64,000 bases of DNA from Candidatus Latescibacterota bacterium (GCA_964291625.2 OZ220090.1:96001-160000); one strand, 5' to 3'. Positions 28,028 through 37,643 are shown, numbered from the stretch's first letter. Made by a program: numbers and translations. Notes: generated by a model from the letters alone, not told the origin.

Positions 28028-31000
28028 CTATGAAGGACGATTGGTCAGCGTTCGAAGTTGCGACAGGCCTTGGCGTGCGATCAGCTGCACGTCCTTCTGT
28101 CCTGCAAGGAGCTCCGCTTCACGCGTGAAGCCGGCGGCGTTCGTCACGACTATCGGCCGCGCGTCGCCCCGAATCGCATCGTCGTACACGGGGACTGAAT
28201 ACAGCACTTCCTCGACCGCTGCCGGGCCGCATTTGGCGTCAGGCTGGGTGTGCTTGCACTGCACCAGGATGGTGTGCTGCTCACCGCCCCCATCGAAGAA
28301 CGCCAATCCGTCAGCTCCGCGGTCTCCGCTTCGAGGCGTCTTGCGCGTGTCGTAGCCAGCCTCGGCAAGCTCTCCGAGCACCCACTCTTCGAAGGCCTCG
28401 GGTTCCATTATGTCGATCCTCTTCATCGGTACGTCAGACGGCGCATCGCTGCCCTGCGCCTGTGTCACGGTGGTTCGGTAGAGCTCACCCATGTCCTCCC
28501 TTGTAGCCGCGGTTGGAGCAAGCACACGGCGGTTCATCTCCCGCTTTCCTTCTATCAGGCTTTCGAGTTTCACGTCAAAGCTGTAATCGCCGAAGCGCGG
28601 GTGTCGAGCAATAGGCAGGTACACGTGCACGGGCCGGCTCTGGCCGATCCGAAAGACCCGGTCGGTGCACTGATCCTCGACCGCTGGGTTCCACCAGCGC
28701 GACAAGTGGATTACATGGTTGGCAGCCGTCAGGGTCAGGCCGACCCCGCCGGCGCGCGGCGACAGGATCATTACGTCGAAGCCAGTCCGGTCTTGGAACG
28801 TATCGACGCGAGCCTTGCGGGTTTCTCCGGCCACCGTGCCGTTTATGACCAGCACGTCCTCCGCCAGCGAGAATCGGCGTCTAAGCGTCCCCACTAGGAA
28901 GTCTTGCATCCAGCGCGCCTCGACAAAAACCAGCGCTTTCTCGCCGCACTCAGCGATCTCATGCAGAATCCTGAACGTCTCGGACAGCCGCGCAGACCCC
29001 TGGATGTACTTGTCGATGTCAAGTTCGTCTGGAGACGCCGGGTGCAGCGAGATGCTTCGAAGGCGATGGAGCGTCTGGAGCATGTTGCCGCCCAGTTCTG
29101 GTCCGCCTCCAATCACGATCTCCGCATACGCTTCGGCCTGCTCCTGTGGCATCTCCACGACGCGCCGGTGCACCTCCTTCTCCGGCAACTCCGGCACGTG
29201 GTCCTCCTTGAGCCGCCGCAGCATCAGGGGCAGTGCGGTATTAGTCCGACTCGTCAATGTGCTGTGCAGGTCTGCAAGCGCTGAGTCACCGTCAGTCTTA
29301 CTCTCGTACTTCCGGCTGAAATCCTTCAGGGTTCCGAACATCCCCGGTTCGGCCCGATCGAGCATCGACCAGATGTCCGCCGGCCGATTCTCCACAGGGG
29401 TGCCGGTCATCATCAGAGCGAAGTCGATGTTCATGGCAAGTGCGGCATCGGTCACGCGGGCGCCCGGGTTCTTGATCTTCTGGGCTTCGTCAAAGATGCC
29501 GGCGCGCCAACGGATGCGGCCGAAACTGTGCTGATAGTCGCGAAGGGTTTCATAGGTCGTGAGCACCCAGTCCGCGTCCTCCAGGGCCTGTAGGTCCAAT
29601 AGCGGTTGACCGCCCGGAAGTTCGCCGCGTCCGGAGGCGCCCTTTCTGAGATGACGTAAGGCACTCCCATGTGCTTCGACCACGCGACCCAGTCCGGCAC
29701 CCGACAGGTGTCTATCGTGTTCGTCCTTCCAATTCTTGAGCAGGCCCGTGGGAGCCACCACGAGCAGTGGCTGATGCGGAAGGTCCTCGGCTTCTACGTG
29801 CCTCTTCAGGGAAGACAGAAAGGCCAGTGCTTCCAGCGTCTTGCCGAGTCCCATGTCGTCGGCGAGCAGAGCGCCCCAGTTGCCGGCCTCCCAGTGTGCT
29901 TGCAGCCAGGTCAAGCCCTTCTGTTGATGCGGTAGGGGATTGGTCCGTAGGTCGGGGGCTGTGCCCGAGACGCCGGGCGTACGTTGTTTCCGCTCGCGAT
30001 GGAACCCTAGGTCATCCAAGTTGTCGATGACAAGCAGGACCTGATCCTTGGATTCGGGCTTGGGTTTGCACGGTCCACCACCTCCGCCGCCGCCGCCGCC
30101 GCTTGGGGGATCGATCGCCCGAATCTCCTCAAGGGACCCAATGGTCTCGGAGTTCGCGGGAATCTCGATCTCCCCTTGCGTGCTGATCCTGACCTTGACG
30201 GTCGATTCCCCGCGCTGGACCGCTGCCCTGACATGATCGAGCACGGGTTCCAATTCCTCAGGCGGGATGGCCACGCGCTGTCCGCCGATGAGGATCCCGA
30301 ATTCCTCGGGTGGCATCCACGGTTCCTTCGCCTGCTTAATCCAGGGGAGGACCTTGTCGGCCCAGATGCCGACACCCTTGACCCGCTCGCTCAAGCCCTC
30401 GTCGCTGAAGATGCTGTCGAGTTCGACATAGTTGCTGTCGTCGTCGAAGGCGCCGCGCAGGTACCCTGAGACGTTTCGCAGGAAGTCGCGCCGCTCGTCG
30501 GGTGTCCCGTCCTGGGCGCGCCGGACCACCGTAAGAGCCCGTTCGACCTCCGGCGTCAGGACGACGTAGGTGCCACCTCCGGAGGCGTACCGATGCTTCA
30601 CGCCGGACAGGCCGCGAAAACGCCGGGCAAACTCTCTCTGGCGGGCAGGCGGCATCCCAGGAGCGAATACCTGTTCCTCTTCACCTGCTTCGGTCGCCCG
30701 CGTCTCCTGCCGGCCGACGACCGGGTCGAAGTCGGGCTCTGCCTTGTCATTGAGGAACGGATGAATCTCGAAGCTCGAGGCCACGGAGATTCTCAGGGAA
30801 CGCAGGTTGTCATCGCCGACAACGGTGTCGGCAGGCAGCATCTCCGCGATCCGTCCCCACCGGAGCATACGCGACTCGATGTCCGACTCTTCCGCCCGGT
30901 TGAACCTGTCAATGGCGTCGGCGATGGAGTAGAGCGGATCGAGCAGCACGAAGTCCTCGCCAGCGACGCTCAGCCATGCGCCTTGGCGCTGAACCCGGAG

Positions 31001-31336
31001 GACGCGCCGGCCCTTACGGATATAGCCGCAGCGGACCTCGAAGTCGGGGTCCTGAATGGCGCCGTTCGCTACCACCTCGAGTGCGAATGGGGCAGCATCG
31101 GGCAGACCGACATATCGCAGTTCGTCCGAAGTCAGTTCGGCAACGCTCTTCCAGGAGACGCACAGGGCACTGCCATCGTCACACTCGGTCGCGCCGCCGT
31201 CGTCACGTAGTCGGCTCAGCACACCGGCCCCGGAGGGTCCTCGCAACGTCCACTCGCCAACGGGGAGGGCGCGATCCCCGTGGATCCGGACGATCAAGCC
31301 AGCCGACTTCGAGTCAAATACAAAGTCGTTCGACAT
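28028..31336 (-). CDS. zorD: Zorya protein ZorD (SNF2 helicase + Mrr-like nuclease)
   Basis: GGAG RBS; LADDMGLGKT, DEAQKIKN, TGTPVEN, RWWNPAVEDQCTDRVFRIGQ; C-terminal SGDRGADG...LVQCK; follows zorABC. Confidence 0.85.
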   Translation of the reverse strand: MSNDFVFDSKSAGLIVRIHGDRALPVGEWTLRGPSGAGVLSRLRDDGGATECDDGSALCVSWKSVAELTSDELRYVGLPDAAPFALEVVANGAIQDPDFEVRCGYIRKGRRVLRVQRQGAWLSVAGEDFVLLDPLYSIADAIDRFNRAEESDIESRMLRWGRIAEMLPADTVVGDDNLRSLRISVASSFEIHPFLNDKAEPDFDPVVGRQETRATEAGEEEQVFAPGMPPARQREFARRFRGLSGVKHRYASGGGTYVVLTPEVERALTVVRRAQDGTPDERRDFLRNVSGYLRGAFDDDSNYVELDSIFSDEGLSERVKGVGIWADKVLPWIKQAKEPWMPPEEFGILIGGQRVAIPPEELEPVLDHVRAAVQRGESTVKVRISTQGEIEIPANSETIGSLEEIRAIDPPSGGGGGGGGGPCKPKPESKDQVLLVIDNLDDLGFHRERKQRTPGVSGTAPDLRTNPLPHQQKGLTWLQAHWEAGNWGALLADDMGLGKTLEALAFLSSLKRHVEAEDLPHQPLLVVAPTGLLKNWKDEHDRHLSGAGLGRVVEAHGSALRHLRKGASGRGELPGGQPLLDLQALEDADWVLTTYETLRDYQHSFGRIRWRAGIFDEAQKIKNPGARVTDAALAMNIDFALMMTGTPVENRPADIWSMLDRAEPGMFGTLKDFSRKYESKTDGDSALADLHSTLTSRTNTALPLMLRRLKEDHVPELPEKEVHRRVVEMPQEQAEAYAEIVIGGGPELGGNMLQTLHRLRSISLHPASPDELDIDKYIQGSARLSETFRILHEIAECGEKALVFVEARWMQDFLVGTLRRRFSLAEDVLVINGTVAGETRKARVDTFQDRTGFDVMILSPRAGGVGLTLTAANHVIHLSRWWNPAVEDQCTDRVFRIGQSRPVHVYLPIARHPRFGDYSFDVKLESLIEGKREMNRRVLAPTAATREDMGELYRTTVTQAQGSDAPSDVPMKRIDIMEPEAFEEWVLGELAEAGYDTRKTPRSGDRGADGLAFFDGGGEQHTILVQCKHTQPDAKCGPAAVEEVLYSVPVYDDAIRGDARPIVVTNAAGFTREAELLAGQKDVQLIARQGLSQLRTLTNRPS

Positions 31337-31454
31337 GGCTATGCTCCATGGTGTCGGCTCATGGGCCCGGGAATCTGAACCCCGAGTCTTCCTGGCTTGA
31401 GCCGCACGGCATCCTGGCGGCAGGATCGGAGGATCAAGCCTATGGGCGGACGCC

Positions 31455-33341
31455 TCAGGTCGAGGACTTACCCCATATGACACGAGAACGCAGACGCGCG
31501 ATCGTCGAGTCCAGACGATCGAGCACCGTGTTCATCCGCGTCCCATGGCCCGGCACTCCGTGGTCCGCTGTGTAAGCCCCCCATGCCTGCGAGCTCGCAT
31601 CCATGAAGGCCCGCAGGTCCACCCGAAGCTTGCGGGCGGCCAAAACGGACCCCCGAACCTCCCGCAACTCCTGAAGGGCTGCTGCGGCGCCGCCCCCGGT
31701 CGTCGGCTTGGGTCGGTCCGCCAGTTCCTGACCGGAGACACCCTGCGGGATGCGGCGAACCGGCACGTCCTTGTGGATCGTCTCTGTCAGGTCGGTCTGC
31801 GACGGGCCACCATGGATGTTCGGCGCGGCGGCCTGACTATGGGCTCCCCGGGCCGAGAGTGTGTAGCGCGGATGGTGGTCGGTCTGCCCTTCCTGCAGCC
31901 TGTCCGGAAAGTACTTGGCGCGACTGATCTCGACGCCGGTGTTGTCTCGAAGCCAGTGGGCGATCCAGTCCTGCCAGCGGCCCTCGGAGCTGCCGTCGTG
32001 CCGTTGCAGGAAGTCCGGGTCGCCCACCAGATCCTCACGGGAATACGTACCCTTGTACAAGGCTGGCGCGCCAGGGGTCCCGTCAAGCCAAAACCGGCAC
32101 GCTCCGTTGTGGCTCCATTCAGCGATGGTAACTCCGGGCAGGCGCAGCAAGAGCACCGACTGATCGCCTTGGGCGCCGCGGAGGATGGAGGTCGCCTCGT
32201 CTTCCTTCTCCCTCTCGTTCATCTTCTCCAGGAGCCTTTCCGCACGCGGACCCAGCACAAACCAGACATCTGGCTCCAGGGGAAGGAAAGCCCGCCAGAA
32301 GGCTTCCCGGTAACGCCAGTGTCTGTCGAGCGCTGTATCCTTGACGAGCAGGAAGAACTGTTCGAGCGCGCGTTCGACAAGCCATCGGATCACGACGCGC
32401 CGGACATCCTCCGGAATGCCAGACCACCTGTGTTTGCCGGACTGCAGGCGGGGGTCTCCGAAGTGATGGAGGAAGAACGGCTGCAGGAGTTTCTTCGTCG
32501 CTGGCTCCGGGCCGCGGTCGGCACAGGGACGGAGCAGTGCGGCGGCGACTTCCGAGCGCATGGGCAAGTCGTCGAAACGTAGCCTGCCCTCGCACTCAAG
32601 GAGCGCGAGCACTCGCACGAGTTGCGTGTCGTCGACGCTGTTTCGCGCCAACCGGGCGCTGAGCGATGGGAGGAACTTGCGGATGCCTGACTCCAGAAAA
32701 CTGCACCGTGCGAGTCCGGCATCGAACCCTGCCTGGCCCAGAAAGTGATCAACTGGGTCAGTGGCCGAAGTCAACTTCTCTACGAACGACAGGTCCCCGT
32801 CCTTTTCCAGAAGCCCGAACTCCGCACTACGTTGTGTCCATTTGTGCAAAGACGGAGGCGGCAAGGCAGTGCCATTCAGGGTCTTCTCCAGTACCCTCCG
32901 CAGATCGTCAAACGTCTGCAGGCCGACGGGATAGACACGCAAGAACTCGAGAAGCAACGCCCGTACAGAGCTAGCCCGGTAACCGTCGGACAGCCATCGA
33001 TCGTACTCCCGCACAAAGCCGGGCTGGAGACCCAGCCAGCCGGTGGGACCCTGGCGCTTCATGTGATTGTCCTGCCCGGGGGGATAGAAGAGCACGAATG
33101 GAACCCTCCGCAGGTCGCGTGCAGAGATCCGTTCGAGGGAGTTCTCGCGCCCCCAGGACTCCCTGATCCGCTGATACAGCTCTTTCTGGTCGTAGGGTTC
33201 GGGCTCTGTCAGTTCCATACCACCGAGTTGCTCTTCCACTTTGCGGCCTGCAGCACGGATGTGCCGTGGCTCGAGCACGTCCGCGACCTTCGGTGGACCG
33301 GTCCAGCCCTTCAGCGAGTCCTTCAAGGAAGACATCTTCAT
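31455..33341 (-). CDS. zorC: Zorya protein ZorC (EH-signature domain)
   Basis: FGDPRL...W, HWRYREAFW, TIAEWSHNGACRFW, RHDG...WQ; ATGA overlap with zorB. Confidence 0.85.
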   Translation of the reverse strand: MKMSSLKDSLKGWTGPPKVADVLEPRHIRAAGRKVEEQLGGMELTEPEPYDQKELYQRIRESWGRENSLERISARDLRRVPFVLFYPPGQDNHMKRQGPTGWLGLQPGFVREYDRWLSDGYRASSVRALLLEFLRVYPVGLQTFDDLRRVLEKTLNGTALPPPSLHKWTQRSAEFGLLEKDGDLSFVEKLTSATDPVDHFLGQAGFDAGLARCSFLESGIRKFLPSLSARLARNSVDDTQLVRVLALLECEGRLRFDDLPMRSEVAAALLRPCADRGPEPATKKLLQPFFLHHFGDPRLQSGKHRWSGIPEDVRRVVIRWLVERALEQFFLLVKDTALDRHWRYREAFWRAFLPLEPDVWFVLGPRAERLLEKMNEREKEDEATSILRGAQGDQSVLLLRLPGVTIAEWSHNGACRFWLDGTPGAPALYKGTYSREDLVGDPDFLQRHDGSSEGRWQDWIAHWLRDNTGVEISRAKYFPDRLQEGQTDHHPRYTLSARGAHSQAAAPNIHGGPSQTDLTETIHKDVPVRRIPQGVSGQELADRPKPTTGGGAAAALQELREVRGSVLAARKLRVDLRAFMDASSQAWGAYTADHGVPGHGTRMNTVLDRLDSTIARLRSRVIWGKSST

Positions 33342-34192
33342 TGCGTCCCTTCTCCATACCGTTCTCGGACATCGGTCTGGACCTCCGGTTCGGCAGGCGC
33401 CAGCGCTCCCTCGGGAGGTTCGAGCAGGAACCGTAGGTCGATGCGGCGGTTCTCAGCGGTTCGCCCGGTATCACGAGTCGCGGGCCGGGTATATCCGTAT
33501 CCGCTAGTGCTCAGGATGGGGTAGTCGTCGGTGCTCAATAGGCGTTCCACGCCGGGCTCACAGGCGGCGATCATCCGGTGCACGGTCGCCGCCCGCATGG
33601 ACGACAACTCAAGGTTGTCCTGGAAGCGGTTGCCGGTTGCTACCGGCACGTTGTCGGTGTGCCCCTCGATCAGCAAGGTCTCGAGTAGCCAGGGAAACTC
33701 CTGCTTCCTGCAGTCGTACGTGGAGGGGTCTGCCGGGGGCTGACAGTAAGACAGCGCCCCCTCGCCAATCCGCAGCGCGGTTGTCGCCTGTCCAGGTGAG
33801 ACGTAGCATGGGACGACTTCGGCGATGGCCTGCGCAAGGCGGCCAACGTTGAGGTGATGCTCGGGAACCGGAGTCTCACGACCTGACGGAAAGTTGATGG
33901 CATTGTCCGACAGCCGCAGGACACCCTGGTCGGCCAGTACTTCGACTCGCATGCCGGCTTTCTCGAGTCGGCCCTTGATGTCCCGTAGCATTCGAGTGCG
34001 CGTCTTTTCTTCGGCTTCTAGATCTTCCACTCTATCTTCTTGTCTCTTGGTGACGTTAGCGAGCTGATACGCGAACACGGCCAACATGATGATGAAGATG
34101 AAGATGAGGGCCGACACAAGGTCGCTGACACTGGCAAGGTAGTTGTGCCCACCCTGCCCCTCGGCCGGGGACGGCCTCGATTCGCCGATCAT
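33338..34192 (-). CDS. zorB: Zorya protein ZorB (MotB/OmpA-like)
   Basis: TM helix with the conserved Asp (SVSDLVSALIFIFII); IEGHTD, NLELSSMRA, SGYG, ENRRIDLRF. Confidence 0.9.
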   Translation of the reverse strand: MIGESRPSPAEGQGGHNYLASVSDLVSALIFIFIIMLAVFAYQLANVTKRQEDRVEDLEAEEKTRTRMLRDIKGRLEKAGMRVEVLADQGVLRLSDNAINFPSGRETPVPEHHLNVGRLAQAIAEVVPCYVSPGQATTALRIGEGALSYCQPPADPSTYDCRKQEFPWLLETLLIEGHTDNVPVATGNRFQDNLELSSMRAATVHRMIAACEPGVERLLSTDDYPILSTSGYGYTRPATRDTGRTAENRRIDLRFLLEPPEGALAPAEPEVQTDVRERYGEGTQ

Positions 34193-35919
34193 CGCGGCGA
34201 TCCCGGAAGACGCGGAATGAGGTCCTCGATCGCCCCGCTTAGTTCGGCGGTTGCACTGGCAAGCTGTTGGACTGTATTGGAGGTTGTCTTGTCGAGTTCA
34301 ATGGCGAATTGTTGCACCTGAGCGCAATACCTCGACAACCCCTCGTCGAACTGCTGGAAAACATCGACGAGCGAGTTGTCGATTCCCTCGAAGCGGCTCT
34401 GGTATTCTGTCCAGGCAGTTGCGACCTGCTGCTGGTGTCCTTCCAGGGTGGTGATCGAGGCTTCCACACGGCCGACTAGGTCGCTCGTCTGCGTCAGGGT
34501 CCCCGCCGTGCGGTCAGCCGATTCCTGCATGTCACGTGCTGCCCGCTCCACCGGTTCAGCAACGCCAGCTATCTGTTCGTGCGTCGATTCAATGGTGCCG
34601 CGCAGAGCATTGAGCCTCTCGACGAATTGGTTCATTCCCGACAGCATCTTCTCGGTTTGCATCGAAGCGAGTTCGAGATTCTCGGCGGCCCTCTGCAGAC
34701 CGCCCAGCGACCCGGCGATCTGCGAGGCCGCACTGACCCCAGTCTCGGCCAGCTTCTGCGTCGCGGAATTCACCGTGCTTTCCAGTTCCGCCGCGGCTTC
34801 CTTGCCGGAGGCGGCAAGCTGATTCGCCAGTTGTTCAGACGCGTCGGCGAGAGCGCGGGTTACCTCGTCCAGCGACTGTTTCAGCGTCTCGGTCATTGCC
34901 GAGGCGCCTGAGTCCATCGCGGTCTGGACTGCCTGCTGTGTCTGCGCCAGGGCGCCGGCGGATTCCTTGAGCGTGCGGTTCAGGCCGTCGACGGTGGTCG
35001 CCATGTCTTCGAACTGCGAGCCGGTCCTTTCCTGTAGTGCATCGAGAAACCGGATAAGTGCCTGTTCGATCATCTGGCCGCTGTCAGTTGCCCTGTCCTC
35101 CCGCAGTCTTTCGACGGCCTGAAGAAGCTGTTCCAGTTGCGGGGACAGACGGCCCGCGATCTTCTCCTCGAGTGCCTGCTCGAGGGAGAAGATCAGATCG
35201 GTGTTGAATCGCTCGAGTTGCCTCGTTGTGCGCTTTGCCTGGTCGAGCTGCTCAAGAGCAACGCCCTCCGAAGTGACCCGCTCGACTCGTGACTCGATAC
35301 CTCCAACCCACTGGTCCAGTGCCTTGTGGAGCCCACGGGAGGCAAAGCGCTCGACCAATACGAATAGGATGGAGCAGCCAATGCCGACGATGGAAGTCCA
35401 GAAAGCCAGGGATGCCCCACCCAGAAGCTTCTGAAGAGCAGCCGTGATCTGGCGTGCATCTTCGGAAGACAATCCTGACTTCGCGGCGCCGACCCCGGCG
35501 GCCAGCCCTAGGAACGTGCCAAGAATGCCGACGCCGGTGAGAAGGTTGGGAACTGCCTGGAAGAAACCCGCAGACATCCGGGGAAAGACAATGGTGGCGT
35601 CGTTCAGGTACCGGGAGACCTCGCTTGTGTTACGGATCGGGTCTCCAGACTCAGGTTCGGGGAGAATCAGGGTCTCCACGAATTCGGTCCATGCCAAGCC
35701 GAAGGCCTCATTGACCCTGCGATCATAGCCTTCGAAGCCCCTGGCAAATCCTTCTTCACCATCCAGATTCTTCAGGTCTCCATGTGCTCGGCGCAGCTTG
35801 AGCCGCAAGGGGCCGAGTTGGCGGATCAGCAGCAGGACGGAAACAGCGAGGAATACGACAATGCCAATGCAGTAGTACGTGACGAAGGTAGACGAGAGGG
35901 CGAAGTCGAAGCTCAGCAC
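34189..35919 (-). CDS. zorA: Zorya protein ZorA (MotA-like TM region + long helical tail)
   Basis: Three TM segments including PNLLTGVGILGTFLGL and AFWTSIVG, then a long A/Q/L/E-rich helical tail; GTG start overlaps the uma2 stop. Confidence 0.85.
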   Translation of the reverse strand: MLSFDFALSSTFVTYYCIGIVVFLAVSVLLLIRQLGPLRLKLRRAHGDLKNLDGEEGFARGFEGYDRRVNEAFGLAWTEFVETLILPEPESGDPIRNTSEVSRYLNDATIVFPRMSAGFFQAVPNLLTGVGILGTFLGLAAGVGAAKSGLSSEDARQITAALQKLLGGASLAFWTSIVGIGCSILFVLVERFASRGLHKALDQWVGGIESRVERVTSEGVALEQLDQAKRTTRQLERFNTDLIFSLEQALEEKIAGRLSPQLEQLLQAVERLREDRATDSGQMIEQALIRFLDALQERTGSQFEDMATTVDGLNRTLKESAGALAQTQQAVQTAMDSGASAMTETLKQSLDEVTRALADASEQLANQLAASGKEAAAELESTVNSATQKLAETGVSAASQIAGSLGGLQRAAENLELASMQTEKMLSGMNQFVERLNALRGTIESTHEQIAGVAEPVERAARDMQESADRTAGTLTQTSDLVGRVEASITTLEGHQQQVATAWTEYQSRFEGIDNSLVDVFQQFDEGLSRYCAQVQQFAIELDKTTSNTVQQLASATAELSGAIEDLIPRLPGSPR

Positions 35920-36488
35920 GATAGACGATCCGCAGGAAAGAGCCGCCGCACGTCGCACCGGAACCCCGGCAAAACGTCGCCGCCGTCGAGGTCCTGCTCC
36001 GTTCCCACCACCTCGACCTCCCGGGCCGACCCGTACAGGTGGACCATCCGGGTTTCCGGCTCCACGAGCCAGACCAGGCGAGTCCCGGCCGCGAAGTACT
36101 CGGCGATCTTGACGTGGACATCCGCGAGGCGGTCCGACGGAGAGACGACTTCGACGGCCAGGTCTGGAGCGAAGGGCCAGTAGCCCGCGGGGATGCCTGT
36201 CTCGGGAATGCGGGACTTCAGCACGACCGCAGCGTCCGGGGCGCGTACCGTATCGGGATCCCGCTGGAGAATGAACCCGGTCTCGGCGCCGCAGCAGACG
36301 CCGAGGTCATGCGCTTCGACATGCTCGTCCAGGAGACGCCCGATGCGTACCACCAGAGCGCCATGTTCGCCACCTGTCGGGGTCAGGTGGGCCAGCTCTC
36401 CCTGGACGAGCTCAACCCGACTGCCATCCTCCGGCAGGTCGAACAGCTCTTCTGCTGTGATGGGTGGGTGCGGGGCGGAGAGGGTCAT
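35913..36488 (-). CDS. Uma2 (DUF820) family PD-(D/E)XK endonuclease
   Basis: AAGGAGGT RBS; ELVQGEL, RAPDAA, PDLAVEVVSPSD, KIAEYF.AGTRLVWLVEP, VLPGF. Confidence 0.9.
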   Translation of the reverse strand: MTLSAPHPPITAEELFDLPEDGSRVELVQGELAHLTPTGGEHGALVVRIGRLLDEHVEAHDLGVCCGAETGFILQRDPDTVRAPDAAVVLKSRIPETGIPAGYWPFAPDLAVEVVSPSDRLADVHVKIAEYFAAGTRLVWLVEPETRMVHLYGSAREVEVVGTEQDLDGGDVLPGFRCDVRRLFPADRLSC

Positions 36489-36539
36489 GGAGGATGGACC
36501 TCCTTGATCATGGCCGGTGCTTGTCTCGACCGAAAAGGC

Positions 36540-36575
36540 GACAGGCACTTGACCCGTTGTGGCCAAGTGCCTGTC
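36540..36575 (-). terminator. Hairpin downstream of tRNA-Phe (putative terminator or processing stem)
   Basis: GACAGGCACTTG...CAAGTGCCTGTC 12-bp inverted repeat, followed on the minus strand by GCCTTTT. Confidence 0.65.
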
Positions 36576-36593
36576 TTCCCGTTGGAACAGTAG

Positions 36594-36669
36594 TGGTGGC
36601 TCCTCGCGGAATCGAACCGCGGACACAGGGATTTTCAGTCCCCTGCTCTACCAACTGAGCTAAAGAGCC
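36594..36669 (-). tRNA. tRNA-Phe (GAA)
   Basis: Reverse complement GGCTCTTTAGCTCAGTTGGTAGAGCAGGGGACTGAAAATCCCTGTGTCCGCGGTTCGATTCCGCGAGGAGCCACCA; 76 nt cloverleaf with encoded CCA. Confidence 0.97.
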
Positions 36670-36688
36670 AGTCTCGAACGAAGCGCCG

Positions 36689-36718
36689 AATATATCCGCC
36701 CCCCCGAAAGATTGTCAA
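36689..36718 (-). promoter_or_regulatory. Sigma70-type promoter for tRNA-Phe
   Basis: TTGACA-18 nt-TATATT on the minus strand, about 20 nt upstream of the tRNA. Confidence 0.75.
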
Positions 36719-36733
36719 GGAGAAGAGCCGAAG

Positions 36734-37300
36734 ATGGCGGTGACCGTGATCCCATTCCAGATGCCGGAGCCCGCGGCGATCCCGGAGCACATCACCGGGC
36801 ACCTGCGGCAGATGCCCGCCGACGCGGCGATGCGCCGCGGCATGGAGCTGCTCATGCAGATCGAGGTGGCCCACCTCATGCTCTGGGAGCGGGTCGACGG
36901 CGAGGGCCGGCTGCACCTGCAGGAGGTGCTGTCGAAGGAGGGCTCGCCGGAGCAGATCCGGGAGAGGCTGTCGGCCGAGCCGTTCTACGGACAGCCCGTG
37001 AATGAGGCCTCCTCGGGGCTGGCGGGGCGCGCCTTCGAGGCCGGCCAGTCGCTGCTGGTCATGGGCCAGCAGTCCGCCGGGGAGGAATCAGGCCTGCCTC
37101 CCGCCCTGGCCGCCCACCTGCTGCCGGACGGCGCCGGCAACGTGGGCTTCCTCTACGTGCTGACCCTGGCCGACGGGGACGGCCCGCCCCTTGGCGCCCT
37201 GACCTTGGTGAGGCCCGCCTCCGAGGGGCCCCTCAACCACGAGCAGCCCAACATCACCGAAGCGATGCGCCGCCTCCTGTCGCAGATCCTGGCCGCCTGA
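36734..37300 (+). CDS. Hypothetical GAF-like domain protein
   Basis: AAGGAG RBS; GLAGRAF..GQSLLV and LYVLTL...PLGALTL resemble a GAF fold. Confidence 0.6.
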   Translation: MAVTVIPFQMPEPAAIPEHITGHLRQMPADAAMRRGMELLMQIEVAHLMLWERVDGEGRLHLQEVLSKEGSPEQIRERLSAEPFYGQPVNEASSGLAGRAFEAGQSLLVMGQQSAGEESGLPPALAAHLLPDGAGNVGFLYVLTLADGDGPPLGALTLVRPASEGPLNHEQPNITEAMRRLLSQILAA

Positions 37301-37312
37301 CGGGCCGTACAC

Positions 37313-37351
37313 ACGAACGCCCGCCAGCCCCTGGGGGCTGCGGGCGTTCGT
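37313..37351. terminator. Hairpin between convergent genes
   Basis: ACGAACGCCCGC-CAGCCC...GGGCTG-CGGGCGTTCGT inverted repeat. Confidence 0.65.
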
Positions 37352-37373
37352 CGCTTCTGGAGGTCTGGGCGGT

Positions 37374-37643
37374 CTACCGGGCCAGGGCCCCGACGACCTG
37401 GTTCTTCACCATCCACGCCTCCACTTCCTCGCCGCTCACGTCGGCCAGCACCTGGCCGTTGATCTCGACGCACGGAGAGAGGGGCTGGCCGGTCTTCTGG
37501 ACCATCTCGGCGTAGTGGTCCGGGTTGCCGATGATGTCCCGGTCTTCGTACTCCAGCCCATGCCGGTCGAAGACCTCGCGAACCCCCGCGCTCCAGCCGC
37601 AGACGGGCTTGAGCCAGGCGGTGATCTTGGGTGCGTCGGCCAT
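37374..37643 (-). CDS. Monothiol glutaredoxin-like protein
   Basis: KPVCGWS active site; TGQPLSPCVEING; AGGAG RBS. Confidence 0.85.
   Translation of the reverse strand: MADAPKITAWLKPVCGWSAGVREVFDRHGLEYEDRDIIGNPDHYAEMVQKTGQPLSPCVEINGQVLADVSGEEVEAWMVKNQVVGALAR

Larger units (their letters stand above)
28028..36593 (-). mobile_element. Putative tRNA-Phe-anchored defence islet (uma2-zorABCD); no integrase seen
   Basis: Visibly more A/T at third codon positions than flanking genes; starts at the tRNA 3' end; defence cargo. Confidence 0.55.

Noticed and set aside
30075-30105. (GCC)n run as a phase-variable microsatellite
   Set aside because: In-frame poly-Gly linker in ZorD; triplet changes would not shift the frame
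33338-35919. MotA/MotB-like pair as flagellar stator or chemotaxis genes
   Set aside because: Long ZorA tail plus adjacent EH-signature and SNF2 genes indicate Zorya; no flagellar genes nearby
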